Below, piece by piece: positions 41,326-55,939 of a stretch of 64,000 bases of DNA. The stretch comes from the human T2T-CHM13v2.0 reference genome, Homo sapiens, in the NCBI RefSeq assembly GCF_009914755.1, contig NC_060939.1. One strand, given 5' to 3'. The notes beneath the pieces are model-generated. The model was given only the letters and a program-made list of their open reading frames with translations. It was not told where the DNA came from and made no database searches. The first letter of the stretch is position 1. The number at the start of each line of letters is the position of its first letter. The translations under genes were made by a program, and so were the position numbers.

Positions 41326-44300
41326 AACATATTTATTCTTCCAATCCATGAACATGAAATATCTTTCCTTTTTTGTGTCCTCTTCAAATTCTTGTATCAA
41401 TGTTTTATAGTTTTCATTGTGGAGATCTTTTACTTCTTTGGTTAATTCTTAGGTATTTTATTTTATTTGTAGCAATGTAAAGGGGATTATATTCTTGATT
41501 TCTTTTTCTGGTTGTTCACTTAGCATATAGAAATGCTACTGATTTTTGTGTGTTGATTTTGTATCCTGAAACTTAACTGAATTTGTTTATCAGTTCTAAT
41601 CGTTTTTTAGCCGAGTCTTTAGGTTTTTCCAAATATGAGATTATATCATCGTAAACAAGTATAATTTGACTTCTTCCTAATTTGAATGTCCTTTATTTCT
41701 TTCTCTTGTCTGGTTGCTCTTAAACAGTACTTCCAGTACTATGTTGAATAACAGTGGTGAAAGTGGGTATCCTTGTCTTGTTCAACATCTCAGAGGAAAG
41801 GCTTTCAGTTTTTTCCCCACTCAGTTATGTGTCAGTATGTGGGTCTGTCATATATGGCTTTTATTATGCTGAGGTCTGTTCCTTCTACCCAGTTTTTGAG
41901 GGATGTTGAATTTTCTCAAATGCTTTTTCACCATCAACTGAAAAAATTATACGGCTTTTGTTCTTCATTCTATTGATACGATGTACCACATTGATTGATT
42001 TGTGTATGTTGAACCATCTTTGCATCCCTGGAATAAATCCCACTTGGTCATGATGAATGATCTTTTTAATGTGTTGTTGAATTTAATTTGCTAAAATTCT
42101 GTTGATGATTACTGGCCTCCTAGAATGAGTTAAAAAGTATTCCCTTCTCCTCTATTTTTTGGAATAGTTTGAGTCGGATTGATATTGGTTCTTCTTTAAA
42201 TATTTGATAAAATTCAGCATCAGGTCCTGGCTTTTTTTTTTTTTTTTTTTTTTTTGCTGGGAGACTTTTTATTATGTCTTCAATCTCATTGCTTGTTATT
42301 GGTCTGTTCAGGTTTTGGATTTCTGCATGGTTAAATCTTGGTAGGTTGTATATGTCTAGGAATCTATCCATTTCTTCTAGGTTTTCCAATTTATTGGCAT
42401 ATAGCTGCTCATAGTAACCAATAATGATCCTTTCCATTTCTGCAGTATTGGTTGAAATGTCTTCTTTTTCATCTCTGATTTTGTTTGGTCGTCTTTTTTT
42501 ATTTTTCTTAGTCTGGCTAAAGATTTGTGAATTTTATCTTTTCGAAAAAATTTCATTTCATTGATCTTTTGTAATTTTTTTAATTTCAATTTCATTTATT
42601 TTTGGTCTGATCTTTATTATTTCTTTTCTCCTACAAATTTTGGGTTTAGTTTGCTCTTGCTTTTCTATTTCTTTAAGGTGTATCGTTAAGTTGTTTATCT
42701 GACGTTTTTCTACTTTTTTTTATGTAGATACTGCTATAAACTTGCTTCTCGGTGCTGCTTTCACTGTATCCCACAGGTTTTGGTATGTTGTGTTTCCATT
42801 ATTTGTTTCAAGAAATTTTTCAATTTCCTTCTTATTTTTTCATTGAGTCACTGGTCATTCAGGAGCATATAGTTTAATTTCCAAATGTTTGTATAGTTAC
42901 CAAAATTCCTCTTGTTACTGATTTCTTTTTTATTCTGTTGTGGTCAGAGAAAATATTTGATATGATTTCCAATTTTTTGAAAGTTTTAAGACTTGTTTGT
43001 GGCTTAAGATATGGTTCATTTTGAGAATGATCCATGTGCTAAGGAGAAGGACTGTATATTCTGTAGCCATATGAAATTTTCTATAAATATCTGTCAAGTT
43101 CATTTGGTTTATGGTGCAGAATAAGTTTTATGTTTCTTTAGTGATTTTTCTGTCTGGATTAACTGTCCAATGCTGAAAACATGGTGTTGAAGTCTCCAAC
43201 TATGATTGTATTGGGGTCTATCTCTCTCTTTAGCTCTAATAACATTCACTTTATGTATCTGGGTACTCCAGTGGTGGGTGCATATATACTTAAAATTGTT
43301 ATATCCTCTTTCTGAATTGATCCCTTTATCTTTATATAGTGACCTTCTTTGTCTCTTCCAGTTTTTGTCCTGAAATCTATTTTGTCCAATATAAGTATAG
43401 TTACTCCTGCTCTTTTTGGTTTCCATTGGCATGGAGTATCTTTTTCTATCCCTTTATTTTCTATGTATTGTGTCTTTATAAGTGAAGTGTGTTTCTTGTA
43501 AGCAATAGATCATTGGGTCTTGCTTTTTTATCCATTCAGCCACTGTATGTCTTTTCATTGGAGAGTTTAGTCCATTTATATTCAATGTTATTATTAATAG
43601 GTAAGGATTTACTTCTTCCATTTTGTTGTTTTCTGGTTGTTTTGTGATCTTCTCTTCTTCCTTCCTTCTTGTCTTCCTTTTAGTGAAGGTGATTTTCTCT
43701 AACTGTATATTTTATCTCTTACTTTTTATTTTTATGTATCTGTTGTAAGTTTTTTTATTTGAAGTTACCATGAGGCTTGTAAATAATATGTCATAAGCCA
43801 TTAGTTTAAACTGCTAACAACACAGATTGCATAAACAAACAAGCAAAGAGAAAATTAATAAAAACTCTCCACTTTAACTATATCCCCCACTTTTTACCTT
43901 TTTGTTTTTTCTATTTATATCTTATTGTGCTATGTTTTGAAATCTTCTTGTAGTTACTATCTTTGATAGGTTCATCTTTCAGTATTTTTATGCAAGATAT
44001 GAGTTTTCACACCACAATTATAGTGTTGTAATATTCTGTGTTTTTCTCTGTACCTACTATTATCAGTGAGTTTTGTACCGTCAGATGATTTCTTAATCAT
44101 TTTTTAATCTCATTAATGTTCTTTTCTTTCAGATTGAAGAACTCCTTTTAGCATTTCTTGGAGGACAGGTCTTGGGTTGATGAAGTCTCTCAGCATTAGT
44201 TTGTCTTGAAGTCTTTCTTTTTTATGCTTGAAGGATATTTTCACTGGATATACTATTCTAGGATAAAATTTTTTTTTACCTTCAGCACTTTAAATATGTC

Positions 44301-44622
44301 ATGCCACTTTCTCCTGGCCTATAAAGTTTCCACTGAAAAGTCTGCTACCAGATGTATTGGAGCTTTCTTGTATGTTACTTTTCTTGTATGCTTCTTTTCT
44401 CTTGCTGCTTTTAGGATCCTTTCTTTATCCTTGACCTTTGAAGTCTGATTATTACATGCCTTGAGGTAGTCTTCTCTGAGTTAAATCTGCTTGGTGTTCT
44501 ATAACCTTCTTATACTTTATTAATATCTTTATTTATATATATACTTTATTAATATCTACTTATACTTTATTAATATATTTCCCCAAATACGGAAATTTTT
44601 CTGTTATTTCTCCCTTGAATAA

Positions 44623-45022
<400 letters not shown>

Positions 45023-47262
45023 TCTTTTTTGTTTTTTTTCTTGTTTCCTCTGTGTATTTTCAAATTGCCTGCCTTCAAGCTAACTAATTCTTTATTCTGC
45101 TTGATCAAGTCTGCTGTTAAGAGACTCTGATGTATTCTTCAGTATGTCAATTGCATTTTTCAGATTCAAAATTTCTGCTTCTTTTTAATCATTTCAATCT
45201 CTTTGTTAAAATTTATCTGATAGGATTCTGAATTCCTTCCCTGTGTTATCTTGAATTCCATTAAGGTTTCTCAAAACAGTTATTTTGTCTTTTCTGTCTG
45301 AAAGGTCACATATCTCCATCTCTCCAGGGTCGGTCACTAGTGCCTTATTAAGTTCATTTGATGTGGTCATTTTTCTGGATGTTTCAGATGCTTGTGGAGT
45401 TTGTCAGTGACTAGGCATTGAAGAGTTAGGTATTTATTGTAGTCTTCATGGCCTGGATTTGTTTGTACCTGTCCTTCTTGGGAAGGCTTTCCAAGTATTC
45501 CAAGGCACTTGGGTATTGTGATCTAAGTCTTTGGTAACTGCAGCTATATCTGCATTGGGGGCACCCCAAGCCCAGTAACGTTGTGACTCTTGCAGACTCA
45601 TACAGATACTGCCTTGGTGGTCTTGGTAAGATTTAGGAGATCCCCTAGATTACCAGGCAGATACACTTGTTCTATTTCCTTACTTTTCCCCAAACAAATG
45701 GAGTTTGTCTCACTCAGCTGAGTTGCCTGTAGCTGAGTGAAAGGTGACACAAGCACCCCAGTGGCCACCACCACAGAGACTGAACTGGGTTGGTCCCAAA
45801 GCCAGCACAGCACTGGGTGTCACCCAAGGCCTATGGTGACAACTGCCTGGCTATTGCTTATGTTTACTGAAGGCTGAAGGGCTCTACAATCAGCAGATGG
45901 TGAATCCAGCCTTGCTTGTATCTTTCCTTTCAGGGCTACAAGATCCCCCTAGCCCTCAGTGGGTCAAGATGCTGTTCAGGAACCAGGACCTAAAGTCAGG
46001 AACCTTAGAAATCTACTTGGTACTCTATTCTACCATGGTTGAGCTGGCACCCAAGCTGCAAGACAAAGTCCTTCCCCTTCTTCCTTCCCCTTTTCTTAAG
46101 CAGAAGAGTCTCTCCCCATGGCCACCACTGTCTCAGGCTCATGGAAAGTACTGCCTGGCTACTTCCAGTGTTCTCTCAAGGTCCAAGGGCTCCTCAGTCA
46201 GCTTGTGGTGAATGCTGCCAGGCCTGAGTCTCTCTTCTGGGCAGTGGGCTCCCCTGTGGCCCAGGGCAGGTCCAAGAATGTTGTTCAGGAGCCAATGCCT
46301 GGAGTCAGGGACCCCAGGAGCCTGCTTGGCGCTCTATCCCCACTGTGGCTGAGCTGGTACTCAAGCTACAAGACAAAGCTCCCTTTACTCATCACATTTT
46401 TTCCCTCAAACAGAATGAGTCTCTCTCTGTAGCCACCACAGGGGAATGTGTTGGGTTACACCTGAAGCCAACATATTTCTGAGTCTCACCCAAGGCCCAC
46501 AGCAAATACTGTCTGGCTACCACTGCTGTTTATTCAGGGACCTAGGGCTCTTTAGTCTCAGGTGATGAATCCTGCCAAGATGAGATTTTTCCCTTCAAGG
46601 TATCAATTCTCTTCTGGCCCAGAGCATGTCTAGAAGTGTCATCTGGGAGCTAGGGCCTAGAATGGGGACCTCAGGTCCCTGCCTGTGTCTTATTTCACTG
46701 TGGCTGAGCTGGTAAGATGAAGTCTTCTTTACTCTCCCCTCTTCTCTCCTCAAACAATCTCTCTACTGTACTGCCTGGGGTTGAGGGAGGGATGAAGCAA
46801 GTACTCCCTTGGCTGCTCCAGCTGGTGTCTCACCAGGTCATGTGTACCCAAAGTCCACTGGCTCTAAGCCCAGGACAGTACCAGGACTTGTCCAGGAATT
46901 GCAGTCCCTGTGGTCTAGATGACCTTTCAAGTTTATTTAGGACTCTACATCACTTTAGCCCATGGTGACGGGCTTCCAGAACTCAGACTCTGACCATTGA
47001 GATGGGAGATTCACCTCTGGCTATGGCTGGTCTTAACACTCTCTTCATGGGCAGCAGCTGAATTCTGTCAAATGTTGCTTTCCATTGTGAAAGGACAGTC
47101 CTGAGTTCCAATGCAAAGTCCTACAATCACTGTGCTCTCCTCCCAAGCACATAGACTCTTTCTCCATGCCATAAGGCTTCTGCCAGGGTATTTGGGAAGG
47201 GTTGTGTAGGCAATTCAAGAGTTTCAAGAGTGTCTTTCCTACCCTCTTCAATACCTCTTTCC

Positions 47263-47569
47263 TTTTTTTTTCTTTTTTTTTTGGGAGATGGAGTCTCGCT
47301 CTGTTACCCATGCTGAAGTCCAGCGGAACGATCTTGGCTTACTGAAACCTCTGTCTCCCAGGTTCAAGCAATTCTCCTGCCTCAGCCTCCCAAGTAGCTG
47401 GGATTACAGGTACCCACCACCACAGCCCCCAGCTAATTTTTGTATTTTTAGTAGAGATGGGGTTTTACCCTGTTGGCTAGGCTGGTCTCGAACTCTTGAC
47501 CTCCAGTGATCTGCCCGCCTCAGCCTCCCAAAGTGCTGGGATTATAGGCATGAGCCACCACGACCAGCC
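47263..47569 (-). mobile_element. AluS inside the L1 5' UTR
   Basis: Reverse Alu dimer with T-rich tail. Confidence 0.93.
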
Positions 47570-47759
47570 CCTCTTCCGTTAATATGATGTTAAAACACAG
47601 TGAGGTACTGTGTTCACTCACCTGGTTTTTTTGTTTTTCTTATGAACATGTTTCTTTTGTGTGGATAGCTGCTCAATTTGGTGTTCCTGGTGGGGGATGG
47701 TGGGGGCAATCACTGGAGGCTTCTCTTTGGTCATCTTGCTCTATCTCCTCCCCCCAAAT

Positions 47760-48191
47760 AAAAAAGTTTTTAAAGGATCTAGTTGAAAAAGTCAACAACA
47801 TGTGTGAGAAGATGAGGAAACATCAACAGAGATGAAATGGTAAAAATAAAAAGGGGGGTCATATGGAAATTCTGGAAATAAAGAAGCACAATATCATAAA
47901 TGAAGAATTACTTAGAGTTAGTTATCAAAGCTGAGGTGGAAATCTCAGTCAATTGAATGTAGGTTTAAAATTATCAAAATTGAAACACAGAAAGAAAAAA
48001 AGCAAATAAAAAATGTTCATGTAAAAACTGTTGAGCAATATCAAATGACTCAACACAAACTGGAGTCAAAGAGAGAGAAGAGAGATAACAGAACAGATAA
48101 AAAATTTGAAAAGATAATGACCCCAAATTTTTCCAAAGATATAAAAGATATCAAACCATAGATCTGAAAGCTCAGAGAATCCCAAACAGAG

Positions 48192-48232
<41 letters not shown>

Positions 48233-48560
48233 CATCTAACTGCTGAAAATTAGATAAAGGGAAAATCTTGAAAACAATCAGGAATAAAGAACAAATATAA
48301 GAATTACAGCAGTCTGAAACTCTGTAAGTCACAAGACAATAGAGTGATATCTTGAAAGTACCAAAGAATAAAACCTATCATAGAATTCTATACTCAGTGA
48401 AAATACTATTCAAAAATGAAAGATAAAGACTTTATCAGAAAACAAAGATGAAAAAATTAATTGCCAGCAGATCTCCAGTACAAGAAATGTTAGGGGAAAT
48501 TCCTCCAGCAGGAGGAAAATGTCATCAGACAAAAATTTGAATCTCCATAAATTCTTCAAG
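47760..48560 (+). mobile_element. Old L1 ORF1-region fragment with (CA)n at 48193-48230
   Basis: ccaaatttttccaaag...gatctgaaagctcagagaatcccaaacag...agaattctatactcagtgaaa. Confidence 0.7.
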
Positions 48561-49422
48561 ATATAATCTTGCCACACAAGTAAGCACTAAATTACATCAT
48601 AATTCATTAGCAATAGAAAGTAGCTATTCATGACTGCTGTATGTAGTCATCAGAGAGAATAATATCTTAACAAAGCAGGAAATAAACTCCTTTAGAGGGA
48701 AACTGCCAACCCTCTACTGGTGAGTGCCTTATTTATAGTGACGATGTTTTGAATAAGGAAACCCAACTACCTTCCCTATTTCCACTTCCATCCACCTCCA
48801 GGAATGCACACAGCTGACTGGACCAGGACCATGCATCTTACTTGAGTACAATAGTCTAATGGCTGGACAGAAACCTCAGCATTCTACACAATCATGTATG
48901 TGGGTGATTGTCTGGGCTACCAGATTTGTTATCTCAAGAATATGACCTAGAAAACTGGGAACACAGTTGAGTCTACAGGGAGCCAAAGCAGAAAGATTTG
49001 CAGGGAGAAGGAGGTAATCACATGCCATAAGCCAATAGAACACCTGATTACGCAGAATCCATGCATGGGGGGTTGGGGGTTGGAATGTTTCATAGTACTG
49101 AGGGTGAAATTTGTGGCAGGATCAACAAAACAGCAATAGAAAAAAGCTGAATTACCACAACAGTAAGTGATCCGTTAATTTGAGATTCTGGGTCAACAAG
49201 CTGACCCTGAACTCCATGGAAATGTTTAATTCCCAGATCACAATTTTACTCACCATGAGGCCAATTACATGAGGATTCTCACTGTTTCAGTGAAATAGTT
49301 ACAGCCTACTTTAGGTCCTTGTACTTTTTTCTATTTTGTCAACTACTGGACTTTTTTTCACCATTGTGCATCCTAGTTTTGAAGTCAAAATCCCAATTTA
49401 TTTGAAACACAATGTGGTTTAG

Positions 49423-49880
49423 CATATTAGTTTCCTAGGGCTACTGTAACAAATCACCATAAACTTGATGTCTTAAAACAACAGAAATTTATTGTCTCAC
49501 AGTTCTGGAGGACAAAAGTCCAAAGTCAAGGTGTCAGCAGAGTTGATTCCTTCTGAACACTCTGAGGGAGAATCCATTCCAGGCCTCTCTCATACCTTTT
49601 AGTGCCTGCTAGCAACTTTTGACATTCCTTGGCTTGTAGAAATAGCACTTCAATCTCTGCCTCCATCTTCTCATTGCCTTCTCTTCTCTGTCTCTTTTCT
49701 CTTCTAAGGACATCTGTCATTGAATTTAGGGCCCAGCCTAACCCAGAATGATCCTGTCTCAAGATCCTTAGCTTAATGATATCTGCAAAAACACATTTTT
49801 CAAATAATGTCACATTCACAGGCTCTGGGTATACACATCTTTTTTTGGAGGGCAGCGCGAGACACATTTGATCCACTACA
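49423..49880 (-). mobile_element. MaLR LTR (MLT1C/D-like)
   Basis: attagtttcctagggctactgtaacaaatcacc...acagaaatttattgtctcacagttctggagg...atctgcaaaaac. Confidence 0.85.
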
Positions 49881-52800
49881 CTTAGCATATCAGCACTTAA
49901 CTAGGAATCAGAAAATTTGGGTTATAGTCCTTGCTTCACAATTGACTTGCTGTGTGCGGCTTTAAGCAAGTTGGTTAATCTCCCTGAGTTTCAATTCCCT
50001 TACCAAAAAATGGGAATAATGTTTGTCCCACATGCTTCAATGTGAAGTAATCTGTACATAGTATACTTTAAATAAACAGCAAATGAATACATTAATATGT
50101 GAGTAAATAAAGGAATGGATTCATCTGGAGGTGCTCGGTAGGCCATAATTAAATCAGATCTAGAACTCAGCAGACATATTTGGGCTGAATATTTACAATT
50201 CCTCAGCATACAGGTGGCACTCAATTCCATAGGAATAAATGAGATCAACTAGATAGAAAAACAATAAAAAGCTGAAGTAGAAGACATAATGCTAGGAAAC
50301 TTACATTTAAGAATTGAATAAGAAGAAAAGATATTACAAGAGAAGGAAACAAAGAAGTAAAGGACCTAAGTAGTAAAGAATTAACCAACACATTCGGGAA
50401 TGAAGAGTACATTGTGACTGGGAGCTCCCAACAGAGCAGCATGCGAAGGCTCGCATTGTGAATTTTAGCTCCAGAGCGACTGCAAGAACAAACCAACAAT
50501 CCCAAGAGGACCCACAGACCCTCTGAAGGAAGTAGACTGCTCCTGCAGGACCACAGAGACACCACAAATACTGTGAGTGCCCCAACTGCAGAAGTGGGAA
50601 AGGTAGACCCTCCTCTCTCAAACACACACCCCCACTGCAGAAGCTGAAGGTCTGTTTGTGGAAGAGGTTTCCGAGGTTACTTGAAGCTGAGTCAATTTGG
50701 AGAGCCGAGTGAAATACAGGGGTAGAGAAAGCAGCAGAAAGGCCCTGGGAGCTCGCTGGGCCCTCAAGCAGCCCATTCCTGCCTGACACCAAAGAGATCC
50801 ATCAGGAGGGTGAACAGAGGAGCAGGGGGTAAAAGTCCACAGGGAGAAGGAATTCTCTAGTTAAACTTTGTGACAATTTGAATGGAGTGAAAAGCCTCCT
50901 GGCCAGAACTCAAGAGGAGGGCACGAAACAGGCATGTAGACTTCACAGGTCAGGGAAGAACTAAAGCCCTTTTCTCTTGCAGCTGGTAGGTGGAAAGCCT
51001 CAGGCAACTTTTCAAGCCCCTCTCGCCCTCCTCCTGGAAACAGACTTGGGGCCGTTGGTGGGGTATGGTGGGAGTGAGACCAGCCCTTCAGGTGGCCTGG
51101 GAGCTGGGTAAGGCCTGTGACTGCTGGCTTTCCCCGACTTCCCTGACAACCTGCATGACTCAGCAGAGGCAGCCATAATCCTCTTAGGTACACAGCTTCA
51201 GTGACCTGGGAATCTCACCCCCATCCTCAACAGCAGCCACAGCAAGACCCGCCCAAGGAGAGTCTGAGCTCAGACAGGCCTAGCCCCACCCCCATCTGAT
51301 GGTCCTTCCCTATCCACTCTGGTAGTGGAAGAAAAACGGCCTATAATCTTGGGAGTTCTAGGGCCCTGCCCACCACCAGTCCGTCTCCACACTACTACAG
51401 CTGATGCTTCCTGGAAAGTGCCACCTCCTGGCAAAACGCCAACCAGCACAAAAATAGAGTAGTAAACCACCAAAGCTAAGGACACTCATGGAGTCCATTG
51501 CAGCCTCCACCACCTCCACTAGAACAGGTGCTGGTATTCACGGCTGAGAGACCCATAGACGGTTCACATCACAGGACTCTGTGTGGACAACCACCAGTAC
51601 CAGCCCGGAGTCAGGTAGACTCACTGGGTGGTGAGACCCAGAAGACAGAAAACAATCACTGCAGTTCAGCTCACAGGAGCCACATCCATAGGAAAAGGGG
51701 AGAGTACTATATCAAGGGAACACCCTGTGGGACAAAAAATTCTGAACAACACCCTTCAGCCCTAGACCTTCCCTCTGACAGAGCCTACCCAAATGAGAAG
51801 GAATCAGAAAACCAACCCTGGTAATATGACAAACCAAGGCTCGTCAACATCCCCAAAAGATCACACTAGTTCACCAGCAATGAATCCAAACCAAGAAGAA
51901 ATCCCTGATTTGCCTGAAAAATAATTCAGGAGGTTAGTTATTAAGCTAATCTGGGAGGGACCAGAGAAAGACAAAGCCCAATGCATGGAAATTCAAAAAA
52001 TGATACAAGAAGTGAAGGGAGAATTATTTATAGAAATAGATAGCTTAAAGAAAAAACAATCAAATATTCAGGAAAGTTTGGACATACTTTTAGAAATGTG
52101 AAATGCTCTGGAAAGTCTCAGCAATAGAAGTGAACAAGAAAGAAAAAGAAATTCAGAGCTCAAAGACATGGTCTTCGAATTAACCCAATACAACAAAGAA
52201 AAAGAAAAAGATTAAGACAATATAAACAAAGCCTCCAAGAGTCTGGGATTATGTTAAATGACCAAACCTAAAACTCATCAGTGTACCTGAGGAAGAAGAG
52301 AATTCTAAAAGCCTGGAAAATATATTTGGGGGAATAATTGAGGAAAACTTCCCCAGCCTTGTTAGAGACCTAGACATGTAAATATGAGAAGCACAAAGAA
52401 CACCTGGGAAATTCATCACAAAAAGATCTTCACCTAGGCACAGTGATCAGGTTATACAAAGATGAAGAAAAGAATCCTAAGAGCTGTGAGACAGAAGCAC
52501 CAGGTAGCCTATAAAGGAAAACCTATCAGATTAACAGCAGATTTCTCAGCAGAAACCCTACAAGCTAGAAAGGATTGGGGACTTATCTTCAGACTCCTCA
52601 AACAAAACAATTATCAGCCAAGAATTTTGTGTCCAGCAAAACTAGGCATCATATATGAAGGAAAGATACAGTTGTTTTCAGACAAACAAATGCTGAGAGA
52701 ATTCACCATTACCAAACCCCCCCCCACCCTCCACAAGAACTGCTAAAGGGAGCCCTAAATCTTGAAACAAATCCTGGAAACACATCAAAACAGAACCTCT

Positions 52801-54358
52801 TTAAAGCATAAATCACACAGGACTTATAAAACAAAACTACAAGTTAAAAAGCAAAAACAAAACAAAACAAAAAAAACAAAGTACACAGGCAACAAAGAGC
52901 AAAATAAATGCAATGGTATCTCACATTTCAATATTAACATTGAAGGTGAATGGCCTAAATGCTCCACTTAAAAGATACAGAACCACAGAATGGATAAGAA
53001 CCTACCAATCAACTATCTGCTGCTTTCAGGAGACTCACCTAACACATAAGGACTCACATAAACTTACAGTAATGGGGTGGAAAGAGGTGTTTCATGCAAA
53101 TGGACACAAAAAGTGAGCAGGTGTAGCTATTCTTATATCAGACAAAACAAACTTTAAAGCAACAGTGGTTAAAAGAGATGAAGAGAGACAGCATAGAATG
53201 GTAAAAGGCCTTGTTCAACAGGAAAATATCACAATCCTAAATACATATGCACCTAACACTAGAGCTCCCTAATTTATAAAACAATTACTAACAGACCTAA
53301 GAAATGAGATAGACAGCAACACAATAATACTGGGGGACTTCAATACTCCACTGACAGCACTAGACAGGTCATCAAGACAGAAAGTCAATAAACAATGAAT
53401 TTATACTATACCTTGGAACAAACAGACTTAACAGATATATACAGAACATTTCATCCAACAACCACAGAATATACACTCTATTCAACAGCACAAGGAACTT
53501 CCTCCAAGATAGACCATGTGATATGCCATAAAACAAGCCTCAATAAATTTAAAAAAATTGAAATTATATCAAGCACTCTCTCAGACCACAGTGGAATAAA
53601 ACTGGAAATCAACTCCAAAAGGAACCTTCAAAACCATGCAAATACATGGAAATTAAATAACCTGATCCTGAATGAGCTTTGGGTAAAAACGAAATCAAGA
53701 TGGAAATTTAAAAATTCTTCTAACTGAATGATAATAATGACACAAACTATCAAAACCTCTGAGATTCAGCAAAGGCGGTGCTAAGAGGAAAGTTCATACC
53801 CCTAAACACCTACATCAAAAAGACTGAAAGAGCATAAACAGACAATCTAAGATCACACCTCAAGGAACTAGAGAAACAAGAACAAACCAAATCCAAACCC
53901 CAGCAGAAAAAATGAAATAACCAAGATCAGAGCAGAACTAAATGAAATTGAAACAAACAAACAAACAAAAATACAAAGAATACATGAAACAAAAATCTGG
54001 TTCTTTGAAAAGATAAATAAAATTGACAGACCATTAGGAAGATTAACCAAAAAAAGAAAAGAAAAAAAAATCCAAATAACCTCACTAAGAAGCAAAACAG
54101 GAGATATTACAACTGACACCACTGAAATGCAAAAGGTCATTCAAGGCTACTATGAACACCTTATGCACATAAACTAGAAAACCTAGAAGAGATGGATACA
54201 TTCCTGGAAAAATACAACCCTCCTAGCTTAAATCAGGAAGGATTAGATACACTGAACAGTGAGATTGAAATGGTAAATTAAAAATTACCAAGAAAAAAAA
54301 GTCCAGGATCAGACGGATTCACAGCAGTATTCTACCAGACATTCAAAAAAGAATTGGT

Positions 54359-55939
54359 CTCCCTCTCCCTCCCCCTCCCGCTCCCTCTTTGCACAGTCTC
54401 CCTCTGATGCCGAGCGGAGGCTGGACTGTACTGCCGCCATCTCCGCTCACTGCAACCTCCCTGCCTGATTCTCCTGCCTCAGCCTGCCGAGTGCCTGGGA
54501 TTGCAGGCGTGCGCCGCCACGCCTGACTGGTTTTCGTATTTTTTGGTGGAGACGGGGTTTCCCCCTCTTGGCCGGGCTGGTCTCCAGCTCCTGACCGCGA
54601 GTGATCTGCCAGCCTCGGCCTCCGGAGGTGCCGGGATTGCAGACGGAGTCTCGCTCACACAGTGCTCAATGTTGCCCAGGCTGGAGTGCAGCCGGCGTGA
54701 TCTCGGCTCGCTACAACCTCCACCTCCCAGCCGCCTGCCTTGGCCTCCCAAGGTGCTGAGATTGCAGTCTCTGCCCGGCCGCCACCCCATCTGGGAAGTG
54801 AGGAGTGTCTCTGCCTGGCCGCCCATCGTCTGGGATGTGAGGAGCCCCTCTGCCCGGCCACCCAGTCTGGGAAGTGAGGAGCTCCTCTTCCCGGCCGTCA
54901 TCCCATCTAGGAAGTGAGGAGCGTCTCTGCCTGGCTGCCCATCGTCTGAGATGTGGGGAGCGCCTCTGCCCCGCCGCCCCGTCTGAGATGTGAAGAGCGC
55001 CTCTGCCCGGCCGCGACCCTGTCTGGGAAATGAGGAGTGTCTCTGCCCCGCCACCACCCCGTCTGGGAGGTGAGGAGCGTCTCTGACCGGCCGCCCCGTC
55101 TGAGAAGTGAGGAGCCCCTCCGTCCGGCAGCCGCCCCGTCCGGGAAGTGAGGAGCGTCTCCGCCCGGCAGCCGCCCCATCCGGGAGGTGGGGGGCAGCCC
55201 CCGCCCGGCCAGCCGCCCCGTCCGGGAGGTGGGGGGCAGCCCCCGTCCGGGAGGTGGGGGCAGCCTCCGCCCGGCCAGCCTCCCCATCCGGGAGGTGGGG
55301 GGCAGCCCCCGCCCAGCCGCCGCCCCGTCTGGGAGGTGGGGGGCGCCTCTGCCCGGCCGCCCCGTCTGGGAAGTGAGGAGCCCCTCTGCCCGGCCGCCAC
55401 CCCGTCTGGGAGGTGTACCCAACAGCTCATTGAGAACAGGCCATGATGACGATGGCGGTTTTGTCGAACAGAAAAGGGGGAAATGTGGGGAAAAGAAAGA
55501 GAAATCAGATTGTTACTGTGTCTGTGTAGAAAGAAGTAGACATAGGAGACTCCATTTTGTTCTGTACTAAGAAAAATTCTTCTGCCTTGGGATGCTGTTA
55601 ATCTATAACCTTACCCCCAACCCCGTGCTCTCTGAAACATGTGCTGTGTCCACTAAGGGTTAAATGGATTAAGGGCGGTGCAAGATGTGCTTTGTTAAAC
55701 AGACGCTTGAAGGCAGCATACTGGTTAAGAGTCATCACCACTCCCTAATCTCAAGTACCCAGGGACATAAACACTGCGGAAGGCAGAAGGCGGCAGGGCC
55801 CTCTGCCTAGGAAAACCAGAGACCTTTGTTCACATGTTTATCTGCTGACCTTCCCTCCACTATTGTCCTATGACCCTGCCAAATCCCCCTCTCCGAGAAA
55901 CACCCAAAAATGATCAATAAATACTAAAAAAATTTAAAA
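54359..55939 (+). mobile_element. Full-length SVA, SVA_B-like
   Basis: Hexamer, Alu-like domain, VNTR, SINE-R with older-subfamily sequence (gggatgctgttaatctataacc; aataaatactaaaa); 14-bp TSD aaaaaagaattggt at 54345-54358 and 55940-55953. Confidence 0.96.

Noticed and set aside
54479-55570. Long overlapping ORFs (up to 239 aa) rich in G/R/P
   Set aside because: They come from the stop-poor SVA VNTR and Alu-like domain; the same peptides recur in the other SVA (40054-41147).
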